Positions 40,903 to 53,487 of a DNA stretch of 64,000 nucleotides are shown one piece after another; the stretch's first letter is position 1; every line of letters starts with the position of its first letter. The stretch covers positions 128,001 through 192,000 of the forward strand of contig OZ245015.1 in NCBI GenBank assembly GCA_965223705.1. Reading direction: 5' to 3'. This DNA is from Myxococcota bacterium (lineage in GTDB: Bacteria > Myxococcota_A > UBA9160 > UBA6930). The position numbers and the translations under genes are program-made. The notes beneath the pieces were generated by a model. That model made no database searches and had not been told where the DNA came from. It saw only the letters and a program-made list of their open reading frames with translations.

Positions 40903-41256
40903 CTATTTCGTTTGAGGGGCGATGACCTTGTAGGAAGGGCCAAGACCGAAGAATCTCGATGTCTCGAGAACCCGCACTCGAGTACCTGTTGGGTACTCGC
41001 CTATCGCGCCGACGCTAGCTGTGACAACACGGCCGCTCTCGAGAGCGACATTCGCTTTGGACACGTAGCCGGCTTGAGTATCGACGCCTCGGGCGGCCTC
41101 TACGGTTCCCGACAACTCGCGCGTAGATCGGCCGAGACCAAGAACAACCATGAGAAAGAGGACGAAGCCAGCGAACGCGACACCCTTCGCCCAAGAGACG
41201 ACTTGTCGCCTCCGACGAAGACGTGCTTCCTCTTCGAGAACCTCATAGGCCGACAT
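40903..41256 (-). CDS. Cassette 9 single-TM hypothetical protein
   Basis: ORF fills the cassette. Confidence 0.7.
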   Translation of the reverse strand: MSAYEVLEEEARLRRRRQVVSWAKGVAFAGFVLFLMVVLGLGRSTRELSGTVEAARGVDTQAGYVSKANVALESGRVVTASVGAIGEYPTGTRVRVLETSRFFGLGPSYKVIAPQTK

Positions 41257-41268
41257 GTTGCACCGTCC

Positions 41269-41397
41269 GCCCAACGGAGTTGCGGCTCAGTGGCCCGCCG
41301 ACCTAATGGCAAGGTTCCGCCGACACCGCTGGTAAGGCCACAAGACTAACGAACTAGAACCGAGCTAAGGCGGGTCCACTGCAGCCGCTGGTTAGGC
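41269..41397 (-). repeat. attC of cassette 8
   Basis: GCCTAAC...GTTGGGC. Confidence 0.92.
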
Positions 41398-41404
41398 GGA
41401 GGGC

Positions 41405-41656
41405 TCAGGATGACCTGACAAAGAGCGTCTTCACGAGCCGGCACAGGAGGATCAAGACGGCTGTCCAGAACGCGAGGTTCAGTAGGACTGCGATTACGAC
41501 GCCATCTGTTCGATGGCCTGGATCTTCAATGAGGAACGACACGATAAAAAGACCGGGCTCAACTACCCCGGGCCAAAGCCCGAGAAAAGTGAACAGGCAA
41601 GAAGCCAAGAAAGACAGAAGAATTGGCAAGAACCCGATTGGAGCCAACCTCCGCAC
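41405..41656 (-). CDS. Cassette 8 small membrane protein
   Basis: Hydrophobic 83-aa ORF. Confidence 0.62.
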   Translation of the reverse strand: MRRLAPIGFLPILLSFLASCLFTFLGLWPGVVEPGLFIVSFLIEDPGHRTDGVVIAVLLNLAFWTAVLILLCRLVKTLFVRSS

Positions 41657-41847
41657 CCGTTCACCTTCCTAAGCATGGAAGCCTGGCCGCTGCTCCGAGC
41701 GACCGACTTCCGCCTAACGGAGTTGCGGCTCAGTGGGCCCGCCGACCTGAAGGCAGGATTCCGCCGATACCGCTGGTAAGGCCTCAAGACTAACGAACTA
41801 GAACCGAGCTAAGGCGGATCCACTGCAGCCGCTCTTATGATGCGATC

Positions 41848-42984
<1,137 letters not shown>

Positions 42985-43019
42985 GCGTTGACTTCCAACA
43001 CGATCGCTTGTTAGGCCGC

Positions 43020-43277
43020 TCACTGAGAAGCAGACGCCTCGCCCCGGAGAAGACCTGCGATGCTCAGATCTTCGTCGACATCGGGCCAGTGGATTCCCAC
43101 GCCTTCGCCAAGGAGTTCGAAGTTCTGGCGCTGTGCGGGGGTGGCCCTCAGCAACCGAGGGAACCACGCGAGAGGAGCAGAAATGCGACGGCCGTCGGCA
43201 AGCAGAACAACCAGCTCGTCGTCCGTTACGTCAACTTCCTTTGCGCGGGCATCAACGCTCGGCAGCGAAGAACTCAT
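43020..43277 (-). CDS. DUF2442 protein, putative antitoxin (cassette 7)
   Basis: L.DGR.IS.PL.WFPRL..AT..QR, GIHWPD.DEDLSI.GLL. Confidence 0.88.
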   Translation of the reverse strand: MSSSLPSVDARAKEVDVTDDELVVLLADGRRISAPLAWFPRLLRATPAQRQNFELLGEGVGIHWPDVDEDLSIAGLLRGEASASQ

Positions 43278-43494
43278 TCCAGGCCTCCTCGAATTGTTCG
43301 CATCGCTCTTCGACCAACTCTTGAATCCGTCGCAGCTCGTGCGCCGGAAAGCCTGACGAAGAGGCTAGCGCCAATGGCCGCAGCCAGTACTTGGCGAGAG
43401 AACGGTCTCGCTGAACATGGATGTGTACGGGCTCTAACCCTTCGTTTCCAAAGAAGAAGAACCGGTACGGGCCGACCCGCGCAACCGTAGGCAT
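43252..43494 (-). CDS. DUF4160 protein, putative toxin (cassette 7)
   Basis: MPTV.R.GPYRFFF..NE..EP.HIHV, AKYWL, WNEFF. Confidence 0.88.
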   Translation of the reverse strand: MPTVARVGPYRFFFFGNEGLEPVHIHVQRDRSLAKYWLRPLALASSSGFPAHELRRIQELVEERCEQFEEAWNEFFAAER

Positions 43495-43537
43495 TGCTCG
43501 AGTGTAACGAGGTGATCTTACGACCCTAGGTCCGTCG

Positions 43538-43666
43538 GCCTAACGGAGTTGCGGCTCAGTGGTCCCGCCGATCTGAAGGCGAGATTCCGCCGGTACGCTG
43601 GTTAGGCCACAACACTAACGAACTAGGACCGCGCTAAGGCGGGTCCACTGCAGCCGCTTGTTGGGC
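43538..43666 (-). repeat. attC of cassette 6
   Basis: GCCCAAC...GTTAGGC. Confidence 0.92.
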
Positions 43667-43671
43667 CGCAC

Positions 43672-43962
43672 CTAGCTCAACGGTGGCAGCAACTGACTCG
43701 CCCTGAACACGGTGACTACCTCAAGCCGCTCTTCAGTAGAAACGCGGTACACAAGTCGGAAGGGCCTGACGATGATTTCTCGGAGGTCGGGGTCGCCTAC
43801 TTCCGGAACGACTCGACCAACCCGCGGGAAGTCGCGTGCGCGTTCAGCTGCTGCGATGAGACGCTGGACCACAAGCGATGCCCAGCGGGGAGAGTCTTCG
43901 GAGATGCGTGCATGTATCGTCTCAAGGTCTCGGAGCGACCGTGGCGACCATATGGTTCTCAC
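43672..43962 (-). CDS. RelE/ParE family toxin (cassette 6)
   Basis: IWS.....DL..I...I..DSP, FP..GR.VPE, REII...R..YR. Confidence 0.88.
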   Translation of the reverse strand: MRTIWSPRSLRDLETIHARISEDSPRWASLVVQRLIAAAERARDFPRVGRVVPEVGDPDLREIIVRPFRLVYRVSTEERLEVVTVFRASQLLPPLS

Positions 43963-44141
43963 GCGCTAAAGCGCCGTTTGATCTCTTCGTGGGGGATGCC
44001 TTCGCCTGAATCGAGTTCAGCAAGGCCTTCCTCTACGCGGGCTAGAAACACGAGACGCTCAATCGCATCGTCGATGGTGGCGTCCGCGGGAAGATCTTGC
44101 AGCGCGTCGAGAATGCGTTGCTTTGAACTGGACTCGGCCAT
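43959..44141 (-). CDS. Antitoxin (cassette 6)
   Basis: LP.DAT.DD..ERL....VEEGL..LD.G..I.HEE; overlaps the toxin start. Confidence 0.82.
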   Translation of the reverse strand: MAESSSKQRILDALQDLPADATIDDAIERLVFLARVEEGLAELDSGEGIPHEEIKRRFSA

Positions 44142-44314
44142 CGCTCAAAGGTAGCAGACCGCATTTGCTCGATTGTCGGCCCAACGGAGATGCGGCTCAG
44201 CGGTCCCGCCACACTTAATGGCAAGATTCCGCCGGGCCGCTGGCTGAGCCCAAAACCTAACGAACTAGAAAAGCGCTGTGGCGGGTCCGCTGTAGCCGCT
44301 CTTATGATGCGATC

Positions 44315-45962
<1,648 letters not shown>

Positions 45963-45981
45963 GAAACGACCCCGACGGTCT

Positions 45982-46109
45982 GTCTAACGGAGTTGCGGCT
46001 CAGTGGCCCGCCGACCTAGTGGCGAGATTCCGCCGATACCGCTGGTAAGGGCACAGATTAACGAACTGGAACCGAGCTAAGGCGGGTCCACTGCAGCCGC
46101 TGGTTAGGC
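45982..46109 (-). repeat. attC of cassette 4
   Basis: GCCTAAC...GTTAGAC. Confidence 0.92.
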
Positions 46110-46412
46110 AGGAGCCCGTAACGACAGGCCGCAAAAGCTGCAGGTTGGGCGGCCGACCCACGCGCCGAGCCACCTCTTGCCCCTGACCCCGAAGAAGTAC
46201 TTCTCGCACTTAGGACAGCGCGCATTGGATAGGCCGAACTGCTCAACGAACGTAAACAGCCCGCAGCCAAAGCCCACTACGAATACTGGCGCGGCAACTA
46301 TCTCGGGCAGCACAAAGGCCGAGAAAAGGCAGCCAGTGAAAACCCATCCGCACAACCGGTAGCGATTCCATCTTCGCCTGAGAATCTCGAGCGCTTCAGA
46401 TTGGCTGTCCAA
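46104..46412 (-). CDS. Cassette 4 membrane protein with C-terminal zinc ribbon
   Basis: Two TMs, CPKC...CSFC; stop inside R''. Confidence 0.72.
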   Translation of the reverse strand: MDSQSEALEILRRRWNRYRLCGWVFTGCLFSAFVLPEIVAAPVFVVGFGCGLFTFVEQFGLSNARCPKCEKYFFGVRGKRWLGAWVGRPTCSFCGLSLRAPA

Positions 46413-46433
46413 GCTTGGGAACGCCTGCTGTCT

Positions 46434-46563
46434 GCCTAACGGAGTTGCGGCTCAGTGGGCCCGCCGACCTAATGGCGAGATTCCGCCGATGCCGCTGGTA
46501 AGGGCACAAGACTAACGAACTAGGACTGAGCTAAGGCGGGTCCACTGCAGCCGCTGGTTAGAC
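46434..46563 (-). repeat. attC of cassette 3
   Basis: Identical to 39584-39713. Confidence 0.92.
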
Positions 46564-46570
46564 GGCGCCA

Positions 46571-46963
46571 CTACTCGGGCGGTTGCTCCAGTAGTGCGAG
46601 AAGCCCACACGCTACAACAACCAAAACCGCTACAGCAGCTGCAAAACCGTAGGCGAACCGAATGCCCCCGCCGGCCGATCCTTCTAGCGCCATAGCGATA
46701 CCGATTACAGCGATAGCAGCGGCAGAGACCCCGGGCAGGAGGCGTCTCGCGAGACGAGAACGCTTGGATCGCGCGAGCAGCTGGGCCTGCGTCAGGCCTT
46801 CTCGGGCGAAGACCAGTGGGGCGATAAAGATAGTTCCGGCTCCAAGAGACGCGAGCACGACCAGGAATGGAGCGCCTGTCAGAAGGCCACCGACGGCTAA
46901 TGCGAACATTAAGCAGCCGACGAAGCCGGCGAACGCGATCGCTGTTCGTAAGAGTGCGTTCAA
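46571..46963 (-). CDS. Cassette 3 membrane protein
   Basis: Same protein as 39721-40113. Confidence 0.75.
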   Translation of the reverse strand: MNALLRTAIAFAGFVGCLMFALAVGGLLTGAPFLVVLASLGAGTIFIAPLVFAREGLTQAQLLARSKRSRLARRLLPGVSAAAIAVIGIAMALEGSAGGGIRFAYGFAAAVAVLVVVACGLLALLEQPPE

Positions 46964-46975
46964 CTCGTTGCGTCC

Positions 46976-47105
46976 GTCTAACGGAGATGCGGCTCAGTGG
47001 GCCCGCCGACCTAAAGGCGAGGTTCCGCCGACACCGCTGGTAAGGGCACAAGACTAACGAACTAGAACCGAGCTAAGGCGGGTCCACTGCAGCCGCTGGT
47101 TAGGC
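46976..47105 (-). repeat. attC of cassette 2
   Basis: GCCTAAC...GTTAGAC. Confidence 0.92.
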
Positions 47106-47522
47106 GGCATACGACCTCGAAGGACGTAGCGAGCGAAAAGCCAACCGAGGCCAAACTGCTGCGAGGCCTGGGAGAAGTGAATAGAGATAGGGGCTGCCCG
47201 TTTGATAGACGAGCGGAAACGTACAGACAGCTGCGACGACGGCGGGCACAAGGAAGGGCGCAACGCCGGGCTTCTCGAGAGAAACCGATCGTCTGGAAGC
47301 AACCCACCAGACGCTAACAGCTAGGAAGCACCCAACGACGCAGAGCGTGACGCCAAGAAGAGTGAACACGACAAACAGTTCAACAAGCTTGCCTGCTGAC
47401 GCCTCGAACTGCCCGTTCGATAGAAGCCAGAATGCGCGCAGAAGCGCTACTGCAGCTCCGAATACGGCTGGGGTGGCCAGCCCTGACCACAGAAACCACC
47501 GAATGGCTGAGCCGACTGACAT
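47100..47522 (-). CDS. Cassette 2 membrane protein
   Basis: Four TMs; ATG just after R'; stop inside R''. Confidence 0.75.
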   Translation of the reverse strand: MSVGSAIRWFLWSGLATPAVFGAAVALLRAFWLLSNGQFEASAGKLVELFVVFTLLGVTLCVVGCFLAVSVWWVASRRSVSLEKPGVAPFLVPAVVAAVCTFPLVYQTGSPYLYSLLPGLAAVWPRLAFRSLRPSRSYAA

Positions 47523-47526
47523 GTTC

Positions 47527-47652
47527 GCCTAACGGAGTTGCGGCTCAGTGGCTCGACCTGATGGCGAGAGTCCGCCGATACCGCTGGTAAGGGCACAAGA
47601 CTAACGAACTAGAACCGAGCTAAGGCGGGTCCACTGCAGCCGCTTGTTAGGC
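47527..47652 (-). repeat. attC of cassette 1
   Basis: GCCTAAC...GTTAGGC, 126 bp. Confidence 0.92.
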
Positions 47653-48027
47653 GGCTCGAGCCCCTATACCAGGCAACACCATGATCGCTTGGGCCGCCCG
47701 GAGGCCGGAGACCACGACAGCGACAACTCCGAGGCAAGCCAAGACGATTGCGATGGGATTCAGCTTGAAGAGGCCCCAAGAGAAGAACCAGCAGAAGGGC
47801 TGCCACGCCTAAGGGACGAATAGATGATTGGGCAGGTCCGGAGATGCCAAGACGATTGCCGCTCGATAGTCAGTGATTGAGAAGCGGACGATCCACACTA
47901 CGCCCACGAACGCGGGCAACAACGCGGATGCTCGAACAAGAAAAGCGATTACGGGATGGAGCTGTGCGGGGCGAGTGAGCTGCGAGAGCAGCGAATCAGG
48001 TGTGGAGGAGTCCAGTTCTTTCGCCAT
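47647..48027 (-). pseudogene. Cassette 1 membrane-protein gene interrupted by TAG at 47809-47811
   Basis: Frame continues past the stop (hydrophobic) to the TAA inside R''. Confidence 0.55.
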
Positions 48028-48037
48028 CGCCTCTACC

Positions 48038-48070
48038 GCCTAACTACTAATTCGACGGCACCCACTGCCG
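48038..48070 (-). other. attI site (R box GTTAGGC at 48038-48044)
   Basis: GTTRRRY just before the first cassette ATG, complementary to that cassette's R''; no attC body upstream; distal extent uncertain. Confidence 0.75.
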
Positions 48071-48080
48071 CCTGTTCTGC

Positions 48081-48089
48081 AGCATATCA
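48081..48089 (-). promoter_or_regulatory. Candidate cassette promoter Pc (extended -10 TGaTATGCT)
   Basis: AT-rich patch about 40 bp upstream of attI, facing the array; no good -35. Confidence 0.35.
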
Positions 48090-48244
48090 TTCATCTACAC
48101 ACGCAGCGTTTGTTGCGGTTTGTGAGGCGGGACGCGGGTTTTGGGGTCGAGGATAGGCGGTTGTCGTGTTACAACACGGCAGTATCGGCATCCCGGGCCG
48201 GCGCGGAGATAGCTCACCCTTACTGTGGTTCGCTTGCACTACGT

Positions 48245-48260
48245 GTGAACAGATGTTCAC
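48245..48260. promoter_or_regulatory. Putative LexA (SOS) operator GTGAAC-AGAT-GTTCAC
   Basis: Perfect palindrome with GAAC-N4-GTTC core, 18 bp before the intI ATG. Confidence 0.6.
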
Positions 48261-48278
48261 GTGGGGCGGGGGGTGAGA

Positions 48279-49265
48279 ATGTCGTCTTTCGAAGACCGCA
48301 AACCGCGGAAGTTGCTCGATCAGCTGCGGGACAAGGCTCGGGTGCTTCACTACAGCGCTCGCACCGAAGAATCCTACGTGGCGTGGGTGCGGCGCTTCAT
48401 TCTGTTCCACAACAAGCGGCATCCACGCGAGATGGGGGGCGAGGAGATCGCGGCCTTCCTCACGCACCTCGCGGTTCACCGGAGGGTCGCGGCGCCGACG
48501 CAGAACCAGGCGTTGCAGGCGATCCTCTTTCTCTACCGCGAGGTCCTGCGGATGAGCCCGCCGCGTGTGTCCGAAGTGGTGCGGGCGCGGCGGCCGGTGC
48601 GCATGCCGGTCGTGCTGTCGCGGGGCGAAGTGGCGCGGCTGCTCGCAGCGCTCGAGGGGAGCCCGAAGCTCGTCGCGAGCGTACTCTACGGGTCGGGGCT
48701 CCGGTTGATGGAGTGTCTGACGCTGCGCGTTCAAGATCTTGACCTCGAGCGCTGCGAGATCCGGGTTCGCGACGGGAAAGGCGGCGGCGACCGGGTGACG
48801 GTGTTGCCGGAAACCCTGATTGCGCCGCTGCGCGAGCACCTCGCGACAGTCGAGCGCAAGCACGCGAGCGATCTGTCGGATGGCCTCGGCGAGGTCCCGC
48901 TACCGGGCGCTCTGGCCCGGAAATACCGCAATGCATCGCGTGAGTTTCGCTGGCAGTGGGCGTTTCCGGCGGCGAGCCGTTGGAAGAATAAGCGCACGGC
49001 TGAGGAAGGACGGCACCATCTGCACGAATCGGCCGTGCAGCGCCGGATCCGGAGCGCTGCGCGATCTGCTGGAATCGCGAAACGGGCGACGGCGCACACG
49101 CTGCGGCACAGTTTTGCGACGCACCTGCTCGAATCTGGGTCGGACATTCGAACAGTGCAAGAGCTCCTGGGGCACCGGAACGTGCGCACGACGATGATCT
49201 ATACGCATGTGCTCAACCGAGGCGGGCTCGGAGTGACGAGTCCGCTCGACGGGGTCGCGCGATGA
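48279..49265 (+). CDS. intI: Integron integrase
   Basis: HYS.RTE..Y..W, YGSGLR, integron-specific RHHLHES insert, [24 protein letters not shown]. Confidence 0.97.
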   Translation: MSSFEDRKPRKLLDQLRDKARVLHYSARTEESYVAWVRRFILFHNKRHPREMGGEEIAAFLTHLAVHRRVAAPTQNQALQAILFLYREVLRMSPPRVSEVVRARRPVRMPVVLSRGEVARLLAALEGSPKLVASVLYGSGLRLMECLTLRVQDLDLERCEIRVRDGKGGGDRVTVLPETLIAPLREHLATVERKHASDLSDGLGEVPLPGALARKYRNASREFRWQWAFPAASRWKNKRTAEEGRHHLHESAVQRRIRSAARSAGIAKRATAHTLRHSFATHLLESGSDIRTVQELLGHRNVRTTMIYTHVLNRGGLGVTSPLDGVAR

Positions 49266-49897
49266 GCGGTAACGAGGCGTCGCCCGAAATTCCGCCGGCG
49301 TTCCTCGAGCGCCTCGATCCGGCGCCGGACGAGTTCTTCTACGCCGAGCCGCGGTTCGTTGCGCACATCGATCCGGAAACGATCGCGGCGTTGACCGATG
49401 CCTATGCGGAGCTTCTGCCCGCGGGCGGGCGGGTGCTCGACTTGATGTCGTCGTGGATCTCGCATCTCCCGGAAACCGTTGCGTACGCGTCGGTGACGGG
49501 CCTTGGGATGAACGAGCCCGAGCTCGCGGCCAACCCTCGCCTCGACACCCGCGTCGTTCACGATTTGAACGCGGATCCAGCGCTCCCATTTCCGTCGGCG
49601 AGCTTTGACGCAGCAGTCAACGCGGTTTCGATCCAATACCTCACCCGGCCGGTGGAGGTGTTCCGCGAGGTGGGGCGGGTGCTCGCGCCGGGTGGCGTCC
49701 ATATCGTCGCCACGTCGCATCGCATGTTTCCCACTAAGGCGATCCGCGCCTGGCACATGTTGGCGCCGGAGGAGCGCCTCGCGCTGATCGCCCGCTATTT
49801 CGCAGATTCGGGAGCGTTTGAGCCGGCCGAGATGCTGGATCGTTCTCCGGCGGGGGCAGATCCGTTGTGGTTGGTGATGGCCAAGCGGAGGGAGTGA
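49262..49897 (+). CDS. SAM methyltransferase (type 11-like)
   Basis: [33 protein letters not shown]. Confidence 0.87.
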   Translation: MSGNEASPEIPPAFLERLDPAPDEFFYAEPRFVAHIDPETIAALTDAYAELLPAGGRVLDLMSSWISHLPETVAYASVTGLGMNEPELAANPRLDTRVVHDLNADPALPFPSASFDAAVNAVSIQYLTRPVEVFREVGRVLAPGGVHIVATSHRMFPTKAIRAWHMLAPEERLALIARYFADSGAFEPAEMLDRSPAGADPLWLVMAKRRE

Positions 49898-49932
49898 TAT
49901 GCTCCGCCGACCTGGTACACGGTGGTCGCTCG

Positions 49933-50889
49933 TTGCTAGCGGATCTGCTTCAACTGATCTTCGGCTTGATGCTTCTCCTGGGAGGCGGCGAGGTGCTCGT
50001 GCGCGGCGCCGCGACGATGGCGCGCTGCCTCGGGGTTTCGCCCCTCGTGGTGGGGCTCACCGTCGTTTCGTTCGGAACGAGCGCGCCGGAGCTCGCCGTC
50101 AATGTCGCGGCGGCGTGGCGTAACGCAGGCGATATCGCGTTCGGCAACATCATGGGCTCGAACATGGCGAACATCGGGCTCATCGTCGCCGCCACGGCCC
50201 TGGTGAAACCGCTCGCCGTGAGTAGCCGCATCGTCGTCCGCGAGATCCCGATGATGATTCTCGTCACGCTGGTCGCCGCGGTCTTTGCATTCGACACGAT
50301 GTTCACAGGCCGTCCGGGTGTCTACGACCGCGGCGAAGGCATCGTTCTGCTCATGCTGCTGGGCGTGTTCCTCTACTACACGGTGGGCGATGCCATCGAA
50401 GATCGCGAGGCGGATGTCGCGACCCCGGCCCTCGATCAGAACATGCGGACGAGCGTGTTTCTGGTCTTGGGGGGGTCCGCCGCACTGGTGCTCGGCGCCG
50501 AGCTCACGGTGAACGGCGGCGTCGGGCTCGCCCGCGCCATGGGTGTTTCGGAAGTGCTGGTCGGGCTGACCGTTGTCGCTGTGGGAACGAGCCTCCCGGA
50601 ACTCGCGGCCTCCGTCATGGCGGCCTACCGCGGTCACCCGGATCTCGCCATCGGCAACGTGGTCGGCTCGAACATCTTCAACTTGGCGCTGGTGTTAGGC
50701 GTCGCGTGCTTCCTGAGCCCGATCCCAGTGCCGGTCGGCGGGTTGGGCGACCTCGCCGCTGTGGTGGTGCTGTCTTTCGTCTTGTGGGCCACGACGTTCG
50801 CGCGCCCGCCGCGCATCGTGCGGCTCGAGGGCATTCTGCTCCTCGCGATCTACCTCGTCTACATCAGCTGGCGCGCGGACCTCTACTAG
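49933..50889 (+). CDS. Calcium/sodium antiporter (YrbG-like)
   Basis: Two alpha repeats GTSAPE/GTSLPE and GN..GSN. Confidence 0.92.
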   Translation: MLADLLQLIFGLMLLLGGGEVLVRGAATMARCLGVSPLVVGLTVVSFGTSAPELAVNVAAAWRNAGDIAFGNIMGSNMANIGLIVAATALVKPLAVSSRIVVREIPMMILVTLVAAVFAFDTMFTGRPGVYDRGEGIVLLMLLGVFLYYTVGDAIEDREADVATPALDQNMRTSVFLVLGGSAALVLGAELTVNGGVGLARAMGVSEVLVGLTVVAVGTSLPELAASVMAAYRGHPDLAIGNVVGSNIFNLALVLGVACFLSPIPVPVGGLGDLAAVVVLSFVLWATTFARPPRIVRLEGILLLAIYLVYISWRADLY

Positions 50890-51544
50890 CGGGTCCCCGC
50901 CGCGCTTCTTCGGCGATGCGTTTCTTTGTCGCGGCCCAGCCGCAAATCTCGCACGCTGCGAGGTCGTGTCCCCGCGCCGGGCAGTATTCGCGACCGAAGT
51001 AGATGATCTGGAGATGCAGCGCGTTCCAGCTCTCTCTCGGAAACAGCGCCTTCAGATCGCGCTCGGTGGTCTCGACGTTCTTGCCGCTCGAAAGGCCCCA
51101 GCGTGCGGCCAGTCGGTGAATGTGCGTGTCGACGGGAAACGCGGGCTCGCCAAACGCCTGCGCCATTACCACGCTCGCAGTCTTGTGACCGACCCCGGGC
51201 AGTGCCTCGAGTGCTTCGAAGCTCTTCGGAACCGCACCACCGTGTTCATCGACCAAGATGCGTGCGAGCCGCGCGATCGCTTTCGACTTCTGCGGTGCGA
51301 GACCGCACGAACGGATGAACGCGAGTACTTCATCGGCGGAGAGCTTCGCCATCTCCGCGGGCGTCGATGCGCGCGCGAAGAGCGCCGGCGTCACTTGGTT
51401 GACCCGCGCGTCGGTGCACTGCGCCGAGAGCAACACGGCGATGAGCAGCGTAAACGCATCCCCGTGATCGAGCGGGATCGGCGGCTCGGGGTAGATCCGA
51501 TCGAGGATCTTCTGGATGCGTTCGGCTTTCTCGGCGCGTTTCAC
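50864..51544 (-). CDS. nth: Endonuclease III
   Basis: LLSAQCTD.RVN, LPGVGHKTA, VDTH, C-terminal Cys cluster. Confidence 0.94.
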   Translation of the reverse strand: MKRAEKAERIQKILDRIYPEPPIPLDHGDAFTLLIAVLLSAQCTDARVNQVTPALFARASTPAEMAKLSADEVLAFIRSCGLAPQKSKAIARLARILVDEHGGAVPKSFEALEALPGVGHKTASVVMAQAFGEPAFPVDTHIHRLAARWGLSSGKNVETTERDLKALFPRESWNALHLQIIYFGREYCPARGHDLAACEICGWAATKKRIAEEARRGPASRGPRAS

Positions 51545-52563
51545 GCCGTGAGTATGACCTTCCCGATATTGCGCCGCTCGTGGAGATAGCGGTGCGCCGC
51601 CGCCGCCTGGTCGAGCGGAAAACGCTCGGCGATGACCGGCTTGATGACGTCTTCATCGTACGCTTCGAGAAGCGCTTGCATCCAGGACGCGACGCGGTCC
51701 GCCTCGCTCCAGAGGCGCCCGAGGTTGACGCCGAACACGCCTTTGTTCGCGCCGATCAGGCGCGTCGCTTTCCACTGTGCCCGGAGGGTTCGCACGAGGG
51801 CTCCACCCATGCGCAGGAAGCTGCGTTCGGTTCCGGTCACCATCGCCGCGTTTCCGAACATGCCGAGGCGGCCGGTTCGGGCGAGGCAGCGGTAGCTCTT
51901 TTCAAATGAGCTCCCACCGACGGCGTCGATCGCGAGCTCCACGCCGCGCCCCCGCGTGATCTCCAAGGTTCGCGCCACGAAATCTTCCCGCGTGTAGTCG
52001 ATGCAGGCGTCGATGCCTGCTTCCTCGAGAAATGCGTGCTTCCCGGCGGAAGCGGTTCCGATGACACGTGCGCCGAGATGCTTGGCGATCTGGAGCGCGG
52101 CGATACCGACGCCCCCGCCGGCGGAATGCACCAAGACCGTGTCCCCTTCGCGCAAGCTCCCCATCACCACGAGCAGTTGATACGCGGTCAAGTAATTGAC
52201 GGGAAGCGCGGCGCCTTCTTCCGCGCTCATTGCGGGCGGCCGCGCGAACACTTGCATTTCCGGGCAACACACCACGTCGGCATGCCCGCCGAAACGGGTC
52301 AACGCGAACACGTCGCGTCCCAGCCAATCGCTTCCCACACCCTCACCGACCGAATCGATTCGACCGGCGACTTCGTAACCCATGACGACGGGGAGCTTCG
52401 GTCGATCGGGGTACAGGCCCATCCGCCCGAGTAGATCTGAGAAGTTCAATCCCGAGGCTTCGACGCGAATCCGAAGCTCGCCGTTTTTCGGAATGGGGTC
52501 GCTGGATTCGCGAAGCTCGAGGACATCCGGATCACCCTCGCGCGGAATCACCACCTGGCGCAA
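51541..52563 (-). CDS. Medium-chain dehydrogenase/quinone reductase (VAT-1-like)
   Basis: GLNFSD, GYEVAG, VHSAGGGVG, NIGKVIL. Confidence 0.88.
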   Translation of the reverse strand: MRQVVIPREGDPDVLELRESSDPIPKNGELRIRVEASGLNFSDLLGRMGLYPDRPKLPVVMGYEVAGRIDSVGEGVGSDWLGRDVFALTRFGGHADVVCCPEMQVFARPPAMSAEEGAALPVNYLTAYQLLVVMGSLREGDTVLVHSAGGGVGIAALQIAKHLGARVIGTASAGKHAFLEEAGIDACIDYTREDFVARTLEITRGRGVELAIDAVGGSSFEKSYRCLARTGRLGMFGNAAMVTGTERSFLRMGGALVRTLRAQWKATRLIGANKGVFGVNLGRLWSEADRVASWMQALLEAYDEDVIKPVIAERFPLDQAAAAHRYLHERRNIGKVILTA

Positions 52564-52572
52564 CGGTGTGCT

Positions 52573-53379
52573 CTACCCGCCCCAGCCCGTCGCCGCGATG
52601 CTGTAGCGCTCGCGAAGTGTCTCGTAGTGCGAGCGCACTTTGTTGACGAAACGCTGAGGGGGCTGATGTCCGCGGTCGAGAAGGCGACCAACGCGTGTCG
52701 GACCCGCGTTGTAGGCGGCAACTGCGTCGTTTGGATTGCCGAAGCGACCGATGAGCTCGCTCAAGAAGATCGTGCCGAGGCGGACGTTCTTCGCGGGGTC
52801 GAACAGCGTGGCGCTCCCGTTGAACGGCAGTCCGTGCCGCCTCGCGATGTCCTTCGCCACGAACGGACGCAGTTGCATCAACCCGAGCGAGCCCGCCGGA
52901 CCGACCGCCCGCGGCTTGAACCGGCTCTCCTGGGTAATGATCGCGAGCACGAAAAGGGGTTCCAAACCGAGATCGCGTTGGGCGCGTACGAGCTCGCTGG
53001 TCACCGCGTCTCGCTGCGCTCCGGTCAATCTGCGATGGGCCTCGCCGTTCAGGACGTCGCGGATCTCGCGCTCGGCCACCACCTCCGGCAACAGAATCGG
53101 CAGGTGAATCGGCGCGGACCGTTCTTCCTCGGCCTTGTCGTCGGGTTCTTCGGAAGAAGCGGGCTCTGCGGTTCCGCGAAGCTTGGGCTCCGCTTCGGGC
53201 AGCTCGGCTTTTCGTTGCGGCAGTTCGAGCGGCGGCGCCGGTCGCGTTACGAAGGGCGTCTGACAGGCGGCGACGAGGAACATCACCGCGAACAGCAACG
53301 TGCTCGCGCCGAGACGTTTGAATCGACACCGTTCGGTGCCGCGCGCTTGGGGGGTGCTCGTCAGCACGGGGAACCTCAC
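52573..53379 (-). CDS. Lytic transglycosylase (SLT) lipoprotein
   Basis: QESRF, GLMQL, AAYNAG; AAC lipobox. Confidence 0.87.
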   Translation of the reverse strand: MRFPVLTSTPQARGTERCRFKRLGASTLLFAVMFLVAACQTPFVTRPAPPLELPQRKAELPEAEPKLRGTAEPASSEEPDDKAEEERSAPIHLPILLPEVVAEREIRDVLNGEAHRRLTGAQRDAVTSELVRAQRDLGLEPLFVLAIITQESRFKPRAVGPAGSLGLMQLRPFVAKDIARRHGLPFNGSATLFDPAKNVRLGTIFLSELIGRFGNPNDAVAAYNAGPTRVGRLLDRGHQPPQRFVNKVRSHYETLRERYSIAATGWGG

Positions 53380-53487
53380 TTTCCGAAATCAAGCGGCAGC
53401 GATCGTAACATCGGTCACCCGTCGATGAAAACGGAGGAAACACCGACTCGCGTTATCATTCGCGACCCACGGGGAGAAAAAACGATT

